DNA of 64,000 nt from Basidiobolus meristosporus CBS 931.73 (Eukaryota; Fungi; Basidiobolomycota): positions 83,857 through 147,856 of the forward strand of contig MCFE01000164.1 of the NCBI GenBank assembly GCA_002104905.1. The letters run 5' to 3'. How positions within the stretch are numbered: the first letter of the stretch is position 1; the number at the start of each line of letters is the position of its first letter. Below the pieces are notes generated by a model that ran no database searches, had not been told where the DNA came from, and saw only the letters and a program-made list of their open reading frames with translations. The position numbers and the translations under genes were made by a program. This document shows, piece after piece, positions 25,157 to 39,688 of this stretch.

Positions 25157-27139
25157 TCCATTCCCTTTTCGAGCGACCTCCCTTTAGCGTTAAAGCATGG
25201 CAACAATTAAGCCAGTTCGAGCTCAAAGCCTGAATTTCGTCTAACAACCCTCAGTTTGTGTAATGGGTGTGATATGTGCAATATCAGATAGACCAACTTT
25301 TGTAACTTCACGGCCAGGATAAAGCAGTAATCTCCCGGCAGCCGCTTCCAATCAATTCTTGCTGATCACTTATCTCCTGCCTCTCGCAGAGAAAGGGGTT
25401 GCGATGCTAGGCAGGGTAACTACCAAGTAAGCAATGAAAAAGGCCAGCAGAAGCCAGGATTTACCTGCGCTGGATTGGTAGCCACATTTGTGAGCAGAAA
25501 CCTAGAATGGTTGCGCTCATTGAAGACCAATATTCTAATGAAGGCTATTGCCAGCACCTGGTCCCGGTGGGTGCGGATTTCTATTACTCGAAAAGGCCTT
25601 TCGGCCAAGATGCGATTTGGTATCTAATCTGGAGAGGTTGGAATGACATCAAAACCATATGAAAACCTTGAGGGAGGGTGAACGATTCACGAAACAACGA
25701 AACCTGAATCAACCACACGATCCCATCGTGCCTATCATCACCAAACTTGGAGAGGCGATTTTTCCACGTGGACCTTTGCCGATTCCAGGCCAGATCTTCG
25801 ATGATGGAATCGGGTGCCATTGGTGCGGTTAATGCCTGTAAGTGCTGGTGAGCCACATTCCTGTCATGGGCCCAATTCTTGGTCGTGTCATGCATTCCAC
25901 GATCAAAGATTCAAGACAGGGCGATTTTAAAATCACCATTCGATGGCCATCTTACCAGAATGGAGTGATGCTATATGGTTAGTGCGGCTATGAGGAATCC
26001 ATGTTACACGGAGCCACAGTGGTCAGTTGGTCACCCAGGATTTTTTGTAACAGGGCCTTGTTTGGCTGACCAGGTATATGCATGTGTATACTGCTCAAGA
26101 TGATCAAATGTATCTTGTACTTCCATTGCGCATATCGCGGTATCTTGTGCGTAGGTCATCTCTGCATATCAACGTATCAACTATCTGCGACCTCTCAAGC
26201 CTCCCGACATAAGAATGGTAGGTAATATGGCTAGTTTTAGACGCCTCTGGATAGATTCAGCTGTTGGGATTTTGTGTCCTTGGCACATCTCACAGGCTAA
26301 TTATGCCTGACGTGTATGTGGTTCGTTCAACCACAAAGCTGCAAATAATACCTGAACCGGAATACAATCATCATCCATTCAATTCCGTAACTGACTGCCA
26401 TTTGGAGTTATGGCGAGAAGCTGGCATAGTCAGAGTGATTGGCACTTCTGGATCGGGATAGAATCAGCTATAATTAGCATTGGTAGCTTTTCTTGGATCC
26501 ATTCACCATTGTCGCCGAGTGAGTTTGACTTAATTAATCACCAATAAGTCTAATTTGTTTTAGATCTGTTAGCTGGCAGTTGATATCGAGCAAAATCACT
26601 CTATTCCTCAAATAACAGAAATGTTGTCATGGAGACAAACTAATTTCCAACTCCTGAAGTTTGGAACACGAAATCCAAACAAATCCAGTTCAACGGGAGA
26701 TCTTCACGTGTAGCTGGAAAGCGTGGGCTCTTCAGCATCCAATAAACTTTCCTCTTTCCGTACAAGACTGTTGATGACTACGTCTGTCTAAGTGCTGCTA
26801 CTTTGCTCCTACAATTAGAGCACATCAAATCCGTACATTGCTGAACAGACCTAGCTGTTACCTGAAGTATAAAGAATACAATGGCTCAATATAGCACTAG
26901 TCTAATATACTAATGATGCAAATATGTTAGTTTCTTATTGACATCTTATAGATGTATTTTGCATGTGAGCATAGTATTGATAATTGAGGTCATGCTTAAA
27001 ATCTTGATTTCAACAATGTTACAAATATTAGTCCATTTGGTGAAATCTTCTATAAGTTCTATAAGCTTATACTCTGAAAATAGCAAATATTAAGAATTAA
27101 AAGCATGTTTTCAGGGATATTTTGAATTATAGGGATACA

Positions 27140-27960
27140 CCAACAGAATGTGCTGTAAGAGCTTTGCAATAATGGAAGTTCTTAGAGGAACAAAGAGTTC
27201 ATGGGGCTTTCACTCAATGATATGTTCAATGCAGAGCTGGTATCAATATTTTGTTGCAAATTTGGTAACTACACATAAATACTCCCCTAGCTTAGTCACT
27301 TAGATTATTACTTACAAATCTCTGAGAAGTCTAACCAAACTGCTTATAAGGAATTACTCATAATATTTACAACTACTCCCGGATACCCTGAGCATGCAAT
27401 TTCTCAAAACTATTTAAGTAGCCACAAGTTTTGCACACACACTCTTAGGATCTTTATGAATGTGTCTTACATGTTTGTTTATCCGTGATCATGTAGAAGT
27501 ATAAATACTATTTTCACATTGATTAAATCATCAGATGAAACCTGTTGCAAAGACTTGTGATTGCACCCTGATATGCACATAACTCAGTTACTTAGATAAC
27601 TACATACAAATATTAGAGAATCCCAACCAAATTTCTTGTTGGGATTTACTCAGAATATATGCACCAAAACATCAGGTACCCAGAACATGAAGTTTGATTA
27701 AGTTGTCTAATCAGCCCCAATGTTTGCACATTATGCTCTTAGTACCTTCCTAAATGTATTCTCCTGGTTTGCTTTGCCAAGGCCCTGAAAAGATATCAAC
27801 TCTACCTTTACATTCAGTAAGTCACAAAGTGAAAACTGCTGTATTATCAGGTTGTCACCTGATATTCAGGCTAACTTAGTCATTACACAAATCTTTTTCT
27901 GTGACTAGCATTCTGTACCTACTGATTTTCTGTTGGGGTATACTTAGAACATCTTCACCA
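27140..27960. mobile_element. Cluster of decayed LTR fragments in both orientations
   Basis: Recurring LTR words (CTTAGTCACTTAGAT, GGGATTTACTCAGAATAT, CAGGTACCCAGAACATG, GCCCCAA...GCACA) at about 27290, 27640, 27670 and 27940. Boundaries approximate. Confidence 0.7.
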
Positions 27961-27981
27961 AATTATCCAGTACCTAGATTA

Positions 27982-30900
27982 TAGCTGTAAGAGTCTTGGA
28001 GATATTGGGAGTTACTGGGAGAGCAAGTGGATTATATGGTTTCTAATTAAAAACTTTAGAATGTAAAAGTAGTAATTATTCTTTACACAGTTTTTGCATA
28101 AAAAGCACATCAAATAGGCCAAGACAGGTCCCAAGAACTTGTGTGAAAAGTCTGGGTCTGTTTTGACAACTTATAAAATTTTCATGTTCTGGGTACCTGA
28201 TACTTAGGTGAAAATATTTTAAGTAAATCCCAACAAGGATTTTGGTCAGTATTCTCTAATATTTGAAGGTAATGATCCAAGTGACTAAGCTTGGTGAGTA
28301 CTTAGTTGAAGTTATAAACTTATCATAACACTCCCACTTAACTAAATGTTCATACTGACTAGTCCTAATTTTGACCTAAGATATTCAAACTTGTCTCCAG
28401 CCAGTGGTTTTGTAAATATGTCTACAATCAACTTGTCTCTAGCTAATGGATTAGTAAATATGTCTACAATCATTTCATCTGTAGGACAGTAAACTTAGCT
28501 AACTATATTACTCTCTACAGCTTCATGTATGAAATGATGTCTAATATTTATGTGCTTGGTACTAGCCTGAAAAGTTGGATTTCCACCTAATAGTATACTC
28601 CTTTGATTATCTTGTAATAATGTGACAGGGGTTTTTGACATAAGCCTAAATTTTTAAAAAGCTTTCTTGAGCACGTTGCTTTTTTTGTAGCTTCACATGC
28701 TGCCATATACTCTGCCTCTGCGGTAGAAAGTGCTATGGTTGGTTGCTTTCTTGAATTCCATGAAATTGCTCCTTGACAGCAAAGCAAGGTGTAGCCTGTG
28801 GTGGATCTTCTGTCTTCTAAATTTTGTCCCCAATCAGCATCAGAGTATCCCACAAGAACTTGTTCCAAGTCCTTATAGGTGTATCTTAAGCAGATATCAG
28901 CAGTTCCTTTTAGGTATTTAAGAATTAGCTTAACTGCCCCACTTTTTGGCTAAAATTTTGACTGATATCCAGGCAGTTTCTTGGCATATGCTGTACACCC
29001 AAATATGCTTAGATGTTCTGCACTTGGTCTGTATTCATACCATGCTGCAAATGGAGTAGAATCACAAAGTAATCTTTTATAACTCCTATATTTAAGGTAT
29101 GCAGCAGCAGCAACTGATTCCACCCAAAAATCAGTGGATGATTTTTTATCAGGATCATAGATCTTGCCATATCAATTATTGATCTATTTGCACATTCAGC
29201 TACTCCATCTTGCTGCGGGGAGTATGGTACAGTAGTATCTTGCTTTATCCCATGAATTTTGCAGAAGTGGATGAAGTGTGTTGAGGCATATTCTCCACCA
29301 TTGTCAGAGTGTATTTTCTTGATTTTTTCACCTGTTTCTCCCTCAAAAATGGCATTAAACTCCCAGAACTTAGACAGAGCTTCTTCTTTTCTCTCCATGA
29401 AGTAAACCCATGTGTATCTTGCATAATCATCAATAAAGGTGATTAAAAACTTCATCCTGCCTAAGAATAAATTTTGCATGGGTTCACACAGATCTGAGTG
29501 AATTTGATCTAATTTTTTCTTGCTTTTGACTAACCCAGAGCTCTTGAACAGTTGTCTGGCTTGTTTCCCATATATGCAGGCTTCACAGTGCTCCAAACTA
29601 GCTGGGGGATTAATTTTTACTCCAGAAATTAGCTAATCTTTGATCATTTTGCACAAATAATCAAAATTGATGTGCCCAAATCTCCTGTGCCAAAGCATTG
29701 GTGTTTCTTCATTTAAGTAGCCTATACTGGCTTCCAAATATGATGGAATATAAGTCAACTTGTATAGATTCTGATCTCTGATGCCCAAAGCAATATGTGC
29801 ATCATTTTGATCAGTGTTCTTGCATCCAGAATTGTCAAAGCTGAAACTGAGTCCTTCTGCTGTGGCCTTGCTTACAGATAGTAGGTTCTTAACTATTTCT
29901 GGCACATAGAGTACTTCTTTAAAGGTCAGTTTATGGCTTCCTTCACTGCTTCTAAGGTTTACTTGGATAGTTCCTTCTCCCATTACATCAGGTGTTTTAT
30001 TGTCACGCATAAAAAACTTCTTGATTGGATTTTCTTGATATTAGGTAAAAAGTTCTTTTTGGAGTGTAAAGTGTTCTGATGCTCCAGAGTTAATATACCA
30101 TATCTGAGAACCCTTGTTTGTGGTCATATTTAGAGCAGATATGAATAGTCCATCTTCAGCTGTTGCAGCATTTCCATATTCAGGCTTCTTTTGAGGATTA
30201 TCTCTCTTTTTGAATCACCGGTCTGATGTGTGTCCTGTCCCTTTGCAGTAGTTGCAACACAGGTTGCTATTGCCTTTGTAAGGCCTTGGGTACCTCCTTT
30301 GTTGGTTATCATTGCTTATTAAAGCATTTTCTTATTCCTTCTTATTGGTGCTTCATTTGCTGAATTCTCATCCAGGAGCCTTCCATATATGCAATTTAAT
30401 GTCAAATCTTCAGTTCTGAGCTCTAGGGCTGATACTAGGCCCTAAAACTAGTCTGTCAGGCTATTCAGGATGGTTACTATCACATCCACATCAGTAGTTG
30501 GTACACCCACAGATTCCATCTCAGCTACCAGCAGGGTAATTCTGTTAATTAGATTTTTCATTTGTTCTCCTGGCTGCATCTTTGTAGTAAAGATTTTTTG
30601 TCTCAGATACATTTTCTTAGCAGCTGAACATGACTGGTAGGTGTCTTCTAATGCCTTCTAGGCATTCTTTGCTGTTTTTGCTCTAGAGCATTGAATTAGT
30701 AATTTGTCTTTAACATTAAGGCAATACAGTTAAAGACCCTTTGTTCTTTCTACTGGTACTTTGAGGCTTCCTGTCCCATGTTGTCAGGAGGGCATTCTTC
30801 TCCCATGACAATATCCCAAAGGCCTCTTTCTTGTAGCAGCATCTTCATCCTCACCCTCCACACTTGGTGGTTAAATTCATGCAACTTTTCAGCAGAGGGA

Positions 30901-31276
30901 AAAATTCCAGTAAGAGCAGTAGTAGATATTACAGAGAGTGCCAGCTTGGGGCTCATAGCCTGTTGTAAGAGTCCTGGATATATTGGAAGTGATTGGGAGG
31001 ACAAGTAGATGATGTTGTCTTAACTGAATGATTTATTGAATGAAAAAGTAGTATTTTTACTTTTACCTGGTCTTGGCATTACAATCACATAGAATAGGTT
31101 AAGAAAGATCCCAAGAGCATGTGTGCAAAGTTTGGGGCTGTTTGGAAAACTTCGAGAATTTGCATGCACTGGATATCTGATATATTAGTGAAGATATTCT
31201 AAGTAAATCCAAACAACAAATTTGGTCAGTATTCTCTAGGATTTGAAGGTAATGATATAAGCAACCAAGTTAGGTG
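27982..31276 (-). mobile_element. Copia copy 5 (internally deleted; 5' LTR interrupted by copy 6)
   Basis: 3' LTR about 27982-28330, PPT, RNase H with a small tandem duplication (about 28380-28470). Most of RT is deleted at about 28938. IN 29009-29596, PR/gag, PBS 30947-30960, 5' LTR 30961-31276. Confidence 0.92.
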
Positions 31277-34200
31277 TGTTGTAAGAGTCTTGGAGATATT
31301 GGAAGTGATTTGGAGAACAAGTAGACTATGTGGTTTTCACTTAATGATTGATTGAATGTAAAAGTAGTATTTATACTTTTACCTGGTCTTTGCATTACAA
31401 ACACGTAGAATAGGGTAAGGAAGGTCCCAAGAACATGTGTGCAAAGCTTGGGGCTGTTTGGACAACTTTGAGAATTTTCATGTTCTGGGTACCTGGTATT
31501 TTGGTGAAAATATTCTCAGTAAATCCCAACAAGGAATTTGGTCAGTATTCTCTAGGATTTGAAGGTAATGATCTAAGTGACTAAGTTAGGTGAATATTTA
31601 GGTGGAAATACAAACTTTTACAACACTCCCACTCAGCTAAATGTTCATACTGACTGGTCCTAAATTTGACCTAAGATATTCAAGCTTGTCTCTAGCTAAT
31701 GGTTTGGTAAATATGTCTGCAATCATTTCATCTGTAGGACAGTAAACTAAGCCAACTAAGTTATTCTCTATAGCTTCACATATGAAATGATATCTAATAT
31801 CTATGTGCTTAGTTCTAGCATGAAAAGTTGGATTTCTACCCAATTGTATACATCCTTGATTATCTTGAAATAAAGTAATAGGCGTTTTTTGACATTGGCC
31901 TGAGTCTGTAAGAAGTTTTCTTGAGCACATTGCTTCTTTTGTAGCTTCACAGGCTGCTATATACTCTGCCTCTGTGGTGGAAAGTGCTACAGTTGGTTGC
32001 TTTCTTGAATTCCATGAAATAGCTCCTTGACAGTAAAGAAAGGTGTATCTAAGTTCTCCTAGATTGGACATCTTGAATTCCTTAGATAGGCGGGATTTAG
32101 TCTCTTCCAATGTTTCTAGGTTATTGGTAGCTATAATAAGATCATCCACATATAGAGCTAATAGAACTGGATTTGCTCTATCTGGCTTCTAATATATGCT
32201 ACAGTCAGCATTACTCCTTTTGAAACTCAAAGATTCCAAAAAAGAAGCTATCTTGCAATTCCAGAGTCTTGGTGATTGTTTGAGACCATATAGTGACTTT
32301 TAAAGCTTGCAGACCAAATGGGGTTTATCTTGGTCAACAAACCCATCAGGCTGGTCCATATACACGTCCTCATCAAGTTCTCCATTCAAAAATGCAGTTT
32401 TTACATCCATTTGATGAATAAAAAACTTAGCTTGCTGCAATAGCCAATATTAATCTGATGGAATTAAACTTGGCTACCGGTGCAAAGGTCTCAGTATAGT
32501 CAAGTCCTTTTGTTTGAGAGTATCCTTTGGCTACAAGTCTTGCTTTGTATCTTTCAATTGTACCATCAGCCTTGTATTTTGTCTTGAAGACCCATCTGCA
32601 TCCAATTGATTTTCGGTTGATTGGTAATTTGACTAAGTCCCAAGTTTGATTTTCCATCAGTGCCTGATATTCCTCAGTCATTGCAGATCTCCAAAACTTT
32701 GCCTGAGGGCTATTTAGGGCCTCTTTTACAGTCAGGGGCTCATCAATATGGACTGAATAGGCATAGGCTAAGTTTGTACCCTCATTGATATAGTAATTAG
32801 GGCTATTTCTTGTCCAATTGGATCTCCAGGCATTTGATAATGGAATGATCACTTCTGGGATATTCCTGGGCACTGATTCTGGCTGAACCATGGTGGTAGA
32901 GTCCTCTGGAGTGACAAAATTTTCATTGTTTTGCTCTGATTCAATCCTGACAATTGGTGGACTTGAGATCAAATTTTGTCATCATCTGATGTCATTTTTT
33001 GTGAAAATTTTGAATTTTCATCAAACAGCACAACCCTGGACTTTATTAGCTTCTTTGCTTTGGCATTGTAGAGTCCGTATGCCTTACTCTCATTGCAGTA
33101 GCCCAAACATATGCATTTTACTCTTTTTGGCTAAAATTTTGACTGATTTCCGGCCAGTTTTTTGGCATATGCTGTACACCCAAATATTCTTAGATGTTCT
33201 GCACTTGGTTGTACCCATACCATGCTCCAAATGGAGTAGAATCACAAAGTATTCTGTTATAACTCCTATTTCTAAGGTATACAGCAGTGGCAACTGATTC
33301 TGCCCAAAATTTAGTGGATGATTTTTGATCATGGATCATAGATCTTGCCATATCAATTATTGATCTGTTACCATGTTCTGCTACTCAATTTTGCTGTGGG
33401 GAGTATGGTACAGTAGTCTCTTGCTTTATCCCATGAATTTTGCAGAAGTGGATGAAGAGTTTTGAGGTATATTCTCCAACATTGATAGAGCGTATTTTCT
33501 TGACTTTTTCACCAGTTTCTCTCTCCACCATGGCTTTAAACTCCCTGAACTTAGACAGAGCTTCTTCCTTTCTCTGCATGCAGTAGACCCATGTGTATCT
33601 TGTATAATCATCAATAAAAGTGATTAAATACTTCATCCTGGCTAAGGATAAATTTTGCATAGGTCCACACAGATTTGAGTGAATTAGATCTAATTTTTGC
33701 TTAGTTTTGATTTACCCAAAGCTCTTGAACAGTTGTCTGGCTTGTTTCCCATATATGCAGGCTTCTCAGTGCTCCAAATTAGCTGGGGGATCAATTTTCA
33801 CTCCAGAAATTAGCTGATTTTGATCATTTTACGCAAATGATCAAAATTGATGTGTCCAAATCTCCTGTACCAAAGCATTGGTGTTGCTTCATTTAAGTTA
33901 CTTATATTGGATTCCAGATATGATGGAATATAAGTCAACTTGTATAGATTCTGATCTCTGATGCCCAAAGCAATATGGGCACCATTTTGATCAGTGATCC
34001 TGCATCCAGAATTGTCAAAACTGAAACTGAGTCCTTCTGCTGTAGCCTTACTTACAGAGAGTAGGTTCTTGGCTATTTCTGGTACATAGAGTACTTCTTT
34101 AAGGGTCAGTCTATGGCTTCCTTCACTGCTTCTAAGGTTTACATGGATAGTTCCTGCTCCTGCTGCATCAAGTGTTCTATTGTCACCCATGAAGACCTTC

Positions 34201-35490
34201 TTAACTGGAATTTCTTGATATTGGGTAAAAAGTTCTTTTTGGTGTGTAAAGTGTGAGATGCTCCAGAGTCAATATAACATGTCTGAGAATCCTTGTTTGT
34301 GGTCATATTTAGTGCAGATATGAATAGTCTATCTTCAGTTGTTGCAGCATATCCACATTCAGGCTTCTTTTGCTCATAATCTCTCTTTTTGCGACACCGG
34401 TCTGATGTGCGTCCTTTCCTGTTGCAGTAGTTGCAACACAGGTTGCTGTTGCCTTTGCAGGGTCTTGGATACCTCCTTTGCTGGTTATCATTGCTTATTG
34501 AAGCATTTTCTTTTTCCTTCTTATTGGTGCTTGATTTTCTTAATTCTTCATCCAGGAGCCTTCCATATACATAATTTAAGGTCAAATCTTCAGTTCTGGA
34601 CTCTAGGGCTGATACAAGGCCCTGAAACTTATCTGTCAGGCTATTCAGGATGGTAACTATCACATCCTCATCAGTAGTTGGTACACCTGCAGATTCCATC
34701 TCATCTACCAGCAGGGTAATTCTGTTAATTAGATTTTTCATTTCTTCTCCAGGCAGCATCTTTGTAGTAAAGAATTTTTGTCTTAGATACATTTTCTTAG
34801 CAGCTGAACATGACTGGTAGGTGTCTTCTAATGCCTTCCAGGCATTCTTTGCTGTTTTTGCTCTTGAGCATTGAATTAGCAATTTGTCTTCAACATTAAG
34901 GCAAATGCAGTTAAAGGCACTTTGTTCTTTCTTCAGGTACTTTAAGGCTTCCTCTCCCACGTTTTTAGGAGGGCATTCTTCTCCCATGACAATATCCCAA
35001 AGGCCTCTTTCTTGTAGCAGCATCTTCATCTTCACCTTCCACACTTGGTAGTTATATCCATCCAACTTTTCAGCAGAGGGAAAAATTCTAGTAATAGCAG
35101 TAGTAGACATTGCAGAGAGTGGCAGCTTAGGGCTCATAACCTGCTGTAAGAGTCTTGGAGATATTGGAAGTGATTGGCAGGACAAGTAGGTTATGTGATT
35201 TTCACTTAATGATTTGTTGAATGTAAAAGTAGTATTTATACTATTACCTGGTCTTGGCATTACAGACACGTAGAATAGGTTAAGGGAGGTCCCAAGAACA
35301 TGTGTGCAAAGTTTGGGGCTGTTTGGACAACTTTGAGAATTTTGATGTTCTGGGTACCTGGTATTTTGGTGAAAATATTCTAAGTAAATCCCAACAAAGA
35401 ATTTGGTCAGTATTCTCTAGGATTTGAGGGTAATGATCTAAATGACTAAGTTAGGTGAGTATTTAGGTGGAATTACAAACTTTTACAACA
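31277..35490 (-). mobile_element. Copia copy 6 (both LTRs, RT C-terminal deletion)
   Basis: 3' LTR 31277-31625, PPT, deletion at about 32050, RT/IN fragments, gag ORF 34139-35269, PBS about 35128-35141, 5' LTR 35142-35490. Flanks AGGTG and TTATT do not match. Confidence 0.95.
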
Positions 35491-36803
35491 TTATTGTCAC
35501 CCATAAAAAACTTCTTGATTGGATTTTCTTAATATTGGGTAAAAAGTTCTTTTTGGTGTGTAAAGTGTGAGATGCTCCAGAGTCAATATAACATGTCTGA
35601 GAATCCTTGTTTGTGGTCATATTTAGTGCAGATATGAGTAGTCTATCTTCAGTTATTGCAGCATTTCCATATTCAGGCTTCTTTTGCTGATTATCTCTCT
35701 TTTTGAGACACCGGTCTGATGTGTGTCCTGTCCTTTTGCAATTGTTGCAAAACAGGTTGCTGTTGCCTTTTTATGGTCTTGGGTACTTCCTTTGCTGGTT
35801 ATCATTACTTATTAAAGCATTTTCTTTTTCCTTCTTATTGGCACTTAATTTTCTTAATCCTTCATCCAGGAGCTTTTCATATATGTAATTTAAGGTCAAA
35901 TCTTCAGTTCTGGACTCCAGGGCTGATACAAGGCCCTAGACCTTATCTGTCAGGCTATTCAGAACTGTTACTGTCACATCCTCATCAGTAGTTGGTACAC
36001 CCACAGATTCCATCTTATCTACTAGCAGGGTAATTCTATTAATTATATTTTTCATTTGTTCTGCTGGCTGCATCTTTGTAGTAAAGAATTTTTGTCTCAG
36101 ATACTTTTTTTTGTGGCTGAAAATGGCTGGTTGGTGTCTTCTAATGCCTTCCAGGCATCCTTTGCCATTTTTGCTCTTGAGCATTGGATTAGCAGTTTGT
36201 CTTTAACATTAAGGCAAATGCAGTTAAAGGCACTTTATTCTTTCTTCTGGTACTTCAAGGCTTCCTCTCCCTCATTTTTAGGAAGGCATTCTTCTCCCAC
36301 AACAGTATCCCAAAGGCCTCTTTCTTGTAGCAACATCTTCATCTTCACCTTCCACACTTGGTAGTTAGATCCATCTAACTTCTCAGTAGAGGGAAAAGTT
36401 CCAGTTAGAGCAGTAGTATACATTGTAGAGAGCAGCAGCTTGGGGCTCATAACCTGCTGTAAGAGTCTTGGAGATATTGGAAGTGATTGGGAGGACAAGT
36501 ATATTATGTGGTTTTCACTTCATTATTTATTGAATGTAAAAGTAGTAATTGTACTTTTACAGGGTCTTAGCATTACAAACATGTAGAATAGGTTAAGGAA
36601 AGTCCCAAGAACATGTGTGCAAAGTTTGTGGCTGTTTGGATAATTTTGACAATTTTCATGCTCTGGGTTTCAGATATATTGATGAAAATATTCTAAGTAA
36701 ATCCCAACAAGGAATTTGGTCAGTGTTTTCTAGGATTTGAAGGTAACAATCCAAGTGACCAATTTATGTGAGTATTTAGGTGGAATCACAAGTTTTTACA
36801 ATA
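35491..36803 (-). mobile_element. Copia copy 7 fragment (5' LTR, PBS, gag, start of protease)
   Basis: gag fragments 35936-36498, PBS 36441-36454, LTR 36455-36803. Confidence 0.9.
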
Positions 36804-37651
36804 ATTATTATAGCCATCAATAACCTAGAAACATTGGAAGAGACTAATTCCAGCCTATCCAAAGAGTTCAAGATGTTGAATCTAGGAGCACTCAGTAACT
36901 ACCTGGGGATAAAGTCCTCCATAGACAGAAGTACCCAGACTAACACCCTAAGCCAATTCAAGATATACTAAAGCAGTACTAAATGGAACACTGTAAACTA
37001 GCAGCTACACCAATGGAGACAAACCTTGACTTAGTCAAAACTCAACAAAGTCAAGAGAGCTTAGGGCCATCTGAGAGCCCTGAGCTTCCTTATCAATCTA
37101 TGATCAGTAGTGTTACAAGAAGATCAAAGTTGTATACAACTAGGTAGTAATCCAACTTTTCATGCTAGAACTAAACACACATATATTATAAACCATTTCA
37201 TATGTAAAGCTATAGAGAATAACTTGGTTAACTTAGCTTACTGTTCTACAGATGAAATGATTGCAGTTATATTCACCAAACCATTAACTAGAGACAAGTC
37301 TGAATATCTTAGGTTGAAATTAGGACTAGTCAGTATGAGCATTTAGTTGAGTGAGAGAGTTGTAAAAATTTGTAATTCTACCAAAATCCTCCCCTGACTT
37401 AGTCACTTAGATCATTGCCTTCAAATCCTAGAGAATACCTACCAAATTCCTTGTTGGGATTTACTTAGAATATTTTCACCAAAATACCAGGTACCCAGAA
37501 CATGAGAATTCTCAAAGTTGTCCAAACAGCCCCAAACTTTGCACACATGTTCTTGGGACCTTCCTTAACCTATTCTACGTGTCTGTAATGCCAACCACAC
37601 AATCTACTTGTTCTCTCAGTCACTTCCAATATTTTCAAGACTCTTACAACA
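36804..37651 (+). mobile_element. Copia copy 8 fragment (RT piece, deletion, RNase H end, 3' LTR)
   Basis: Begins ATTATTATAGCC in RT (IIAINNLETLEET). Deletion at about 37109, RNase H end 37110-37346, LTR about 37358-37651 with an internal deletion. Confidence 0.88.
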
Positions 37652-38072
37652 ATATTCACCTAACTTGGTTGCTTATATTACTACCTTCAAATCCTAGAGA
37701 ATACCTACCAAATTCCTTGTTGGGATTTACTTAGAATATTTTCACCAAAATACCAGGTACCCAGAGCATGAAAATTCTCAAAGTTGTCCAAACAGCTCCA
37801 AGCCTTGCACACATTTTCTTGGGACCTTCCAAAACCTATTCTATGCATTTGTTATGCCAAAACCATGTAAAAGTATAGATACTACCTTTACATTCAATAA
37901 ATCATCAGGTGAAAACCACATAACCTACTTGTCCTCCCAATCACTTCCAATATCTCCAAGACTCTTACAACAATATTGATACAACTTTTACATTCAGTGA
38001 GTCATTAATTGAAAGCCATATAATCTATTTGCTTTCCCGGTCACTTCCAATACCTTCAAGACTCTTACAACA
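37652..38072 (+). mobile_element. Two further 5'-truncated LTRs stacked in tandem (37652-37972, 37973-38072)
   Basis: Each ends CTCTTACAACA. Each begins ATATT immediately after the previous LTR end. Confidence 0.85.
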
Positions 38073-39688
38073 CCAGGTGCACAATAGGTATCCATAGCTT
38101 TGGGGACCTCAGTGATTGGGAGAACTAGTCAATATGGTATTAATCAATCAAGTCAAGTGTGGATCCATTGAAATAGGATAGACTTTATTGGGAACTTCCA
38201 GAACTCCAAACTATTGAATTACATTTAACAAATGTAGGCCCAAGCATGAATTGCTATGCAAGAACCATGGCTCTAAATAGGGCAGTGGCTGGTTGGAGTC
38301 TGTAGGGTGGAAAGCAATCCTCAGCACTATTCGAAAAGTTGTATCTTAAATCAAGCCACAGGTGTTAACATCCAAAAAAACCATGATCAAGCGTGACATC
38401 CGTATATCTGAGAGAATTGGTACAAAATCAATGACTGTCAACAGAGAGCTGATACCTTTGGTAGCCTCTCCATCAATGATCTGGACATTGGTGGTACTAG
38501 ATTTTCTAGACTTCCCAGTGGCCGGATTGGTTACTTGTATACATCCATTTGACGTCTGTGTGCAGGCTGGGCAATGGAGGAAATCCACACTACCCTGGCA
38601 GTGGACTTCTCAGCTTCCCCAATGGATCTTGGGGAGCTCTGGTTGAGTGTTGACAACACCGACTGTTTGAAACCGTGATTTGTTGGGCAAGGTGAAAGGA
38701 GCGATTTCCAGGAAGGACTGCTTGGTTGAGTTGAATGAGTAGTGTGTCGTAAGCCAACAGGATTATGCCAACAACCGCTTTACTGACCAGCATGAACAGA
38801 CGATGGTAATACACGACTTCAGGCCGATTTCCATCCCAATCCATTGCTGCTCCAGTACCCAGCTCGGCCGATGAACACGGGCCTTAATTTAGATATTCAT
38901 ACACCCCATCACCCATATCACCGGGTCAACAAGCCATGATTGTTGTCAAGTTACACCTTCCTCCCCCCGTTCAAAGGGGATGGACGTATGGACGTATGGA
39001 CGTGATCATACAGTAATGTAAATTCCAATAATATCCATTGTGCATGAGATGGTTCTAGACGCTAGGGTCCTCGTTGGATGCACACACTAGCATGCAAGAT
39101 TACCCGGAGCAGCAGCGTGGTGATTTCGATGGATTCGGGGATGTCACCTGAGCCTCAGTATCACAGCAGCCCCTCAGTTGACAGTGTGCATGCTCGGTCG
39201 CGTTTCTGGAATCCAAATTCTGTGGAATTTCCTCCAACCCTACAGCTAGCGGGCTGCTTAGGTCCCTACCACCAATGGGTTCCTCGCCGTATAACTTGGT
39301 GCTAAGCAAAGATTGAAACGTGCTGGATCTCCATCCATCCCAGGCTAATGATGTCACCTATGAAAAGGCAGCACTAAAATTACTAAGCGGACAGTGCAAC
39401 ATTTAAGTGTAATATCTGATAGCTGCATAAACCTTCCATTTTCAGAACACTTCGATTATATAGTATTGGCTTATCCATCCACTGAATTATGGAACATTTC
39501 AGGATTCCTAGGAAATATTGTAGGATGGCATGGACTTGATGTTGGTCCAGAATATCTCTGAAAAAAAAGATGCCCTCCCCCCCCCAGCATTAGAGAATCT
39601 ACTAAGAGAATTGGCGATACTGTTGGGTTGAAAAGATTTCCGCTGGTTGAACTTCCACCTATTTTTTAGCTCCACTTTGGTATTCAGG

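Noticed and set aside
37358-38072. Regularly recurring repeats as a CRISPR-like array
   Set aside because: The repeats are pieces of about 350-bp copia LTRs in a eukaryotic genome, with no short repeat-spacer structure and no cas genes.
38346-38762. Minus-strand frame of about 139 codons with a single in-frame TGA (38610-38612), suggesting readthrough or selenocysteine
   Set aside because: No recognisable protein family, redox motif context, start codon or SECIS-like evidence; compatible with chance or pseudogene decay.
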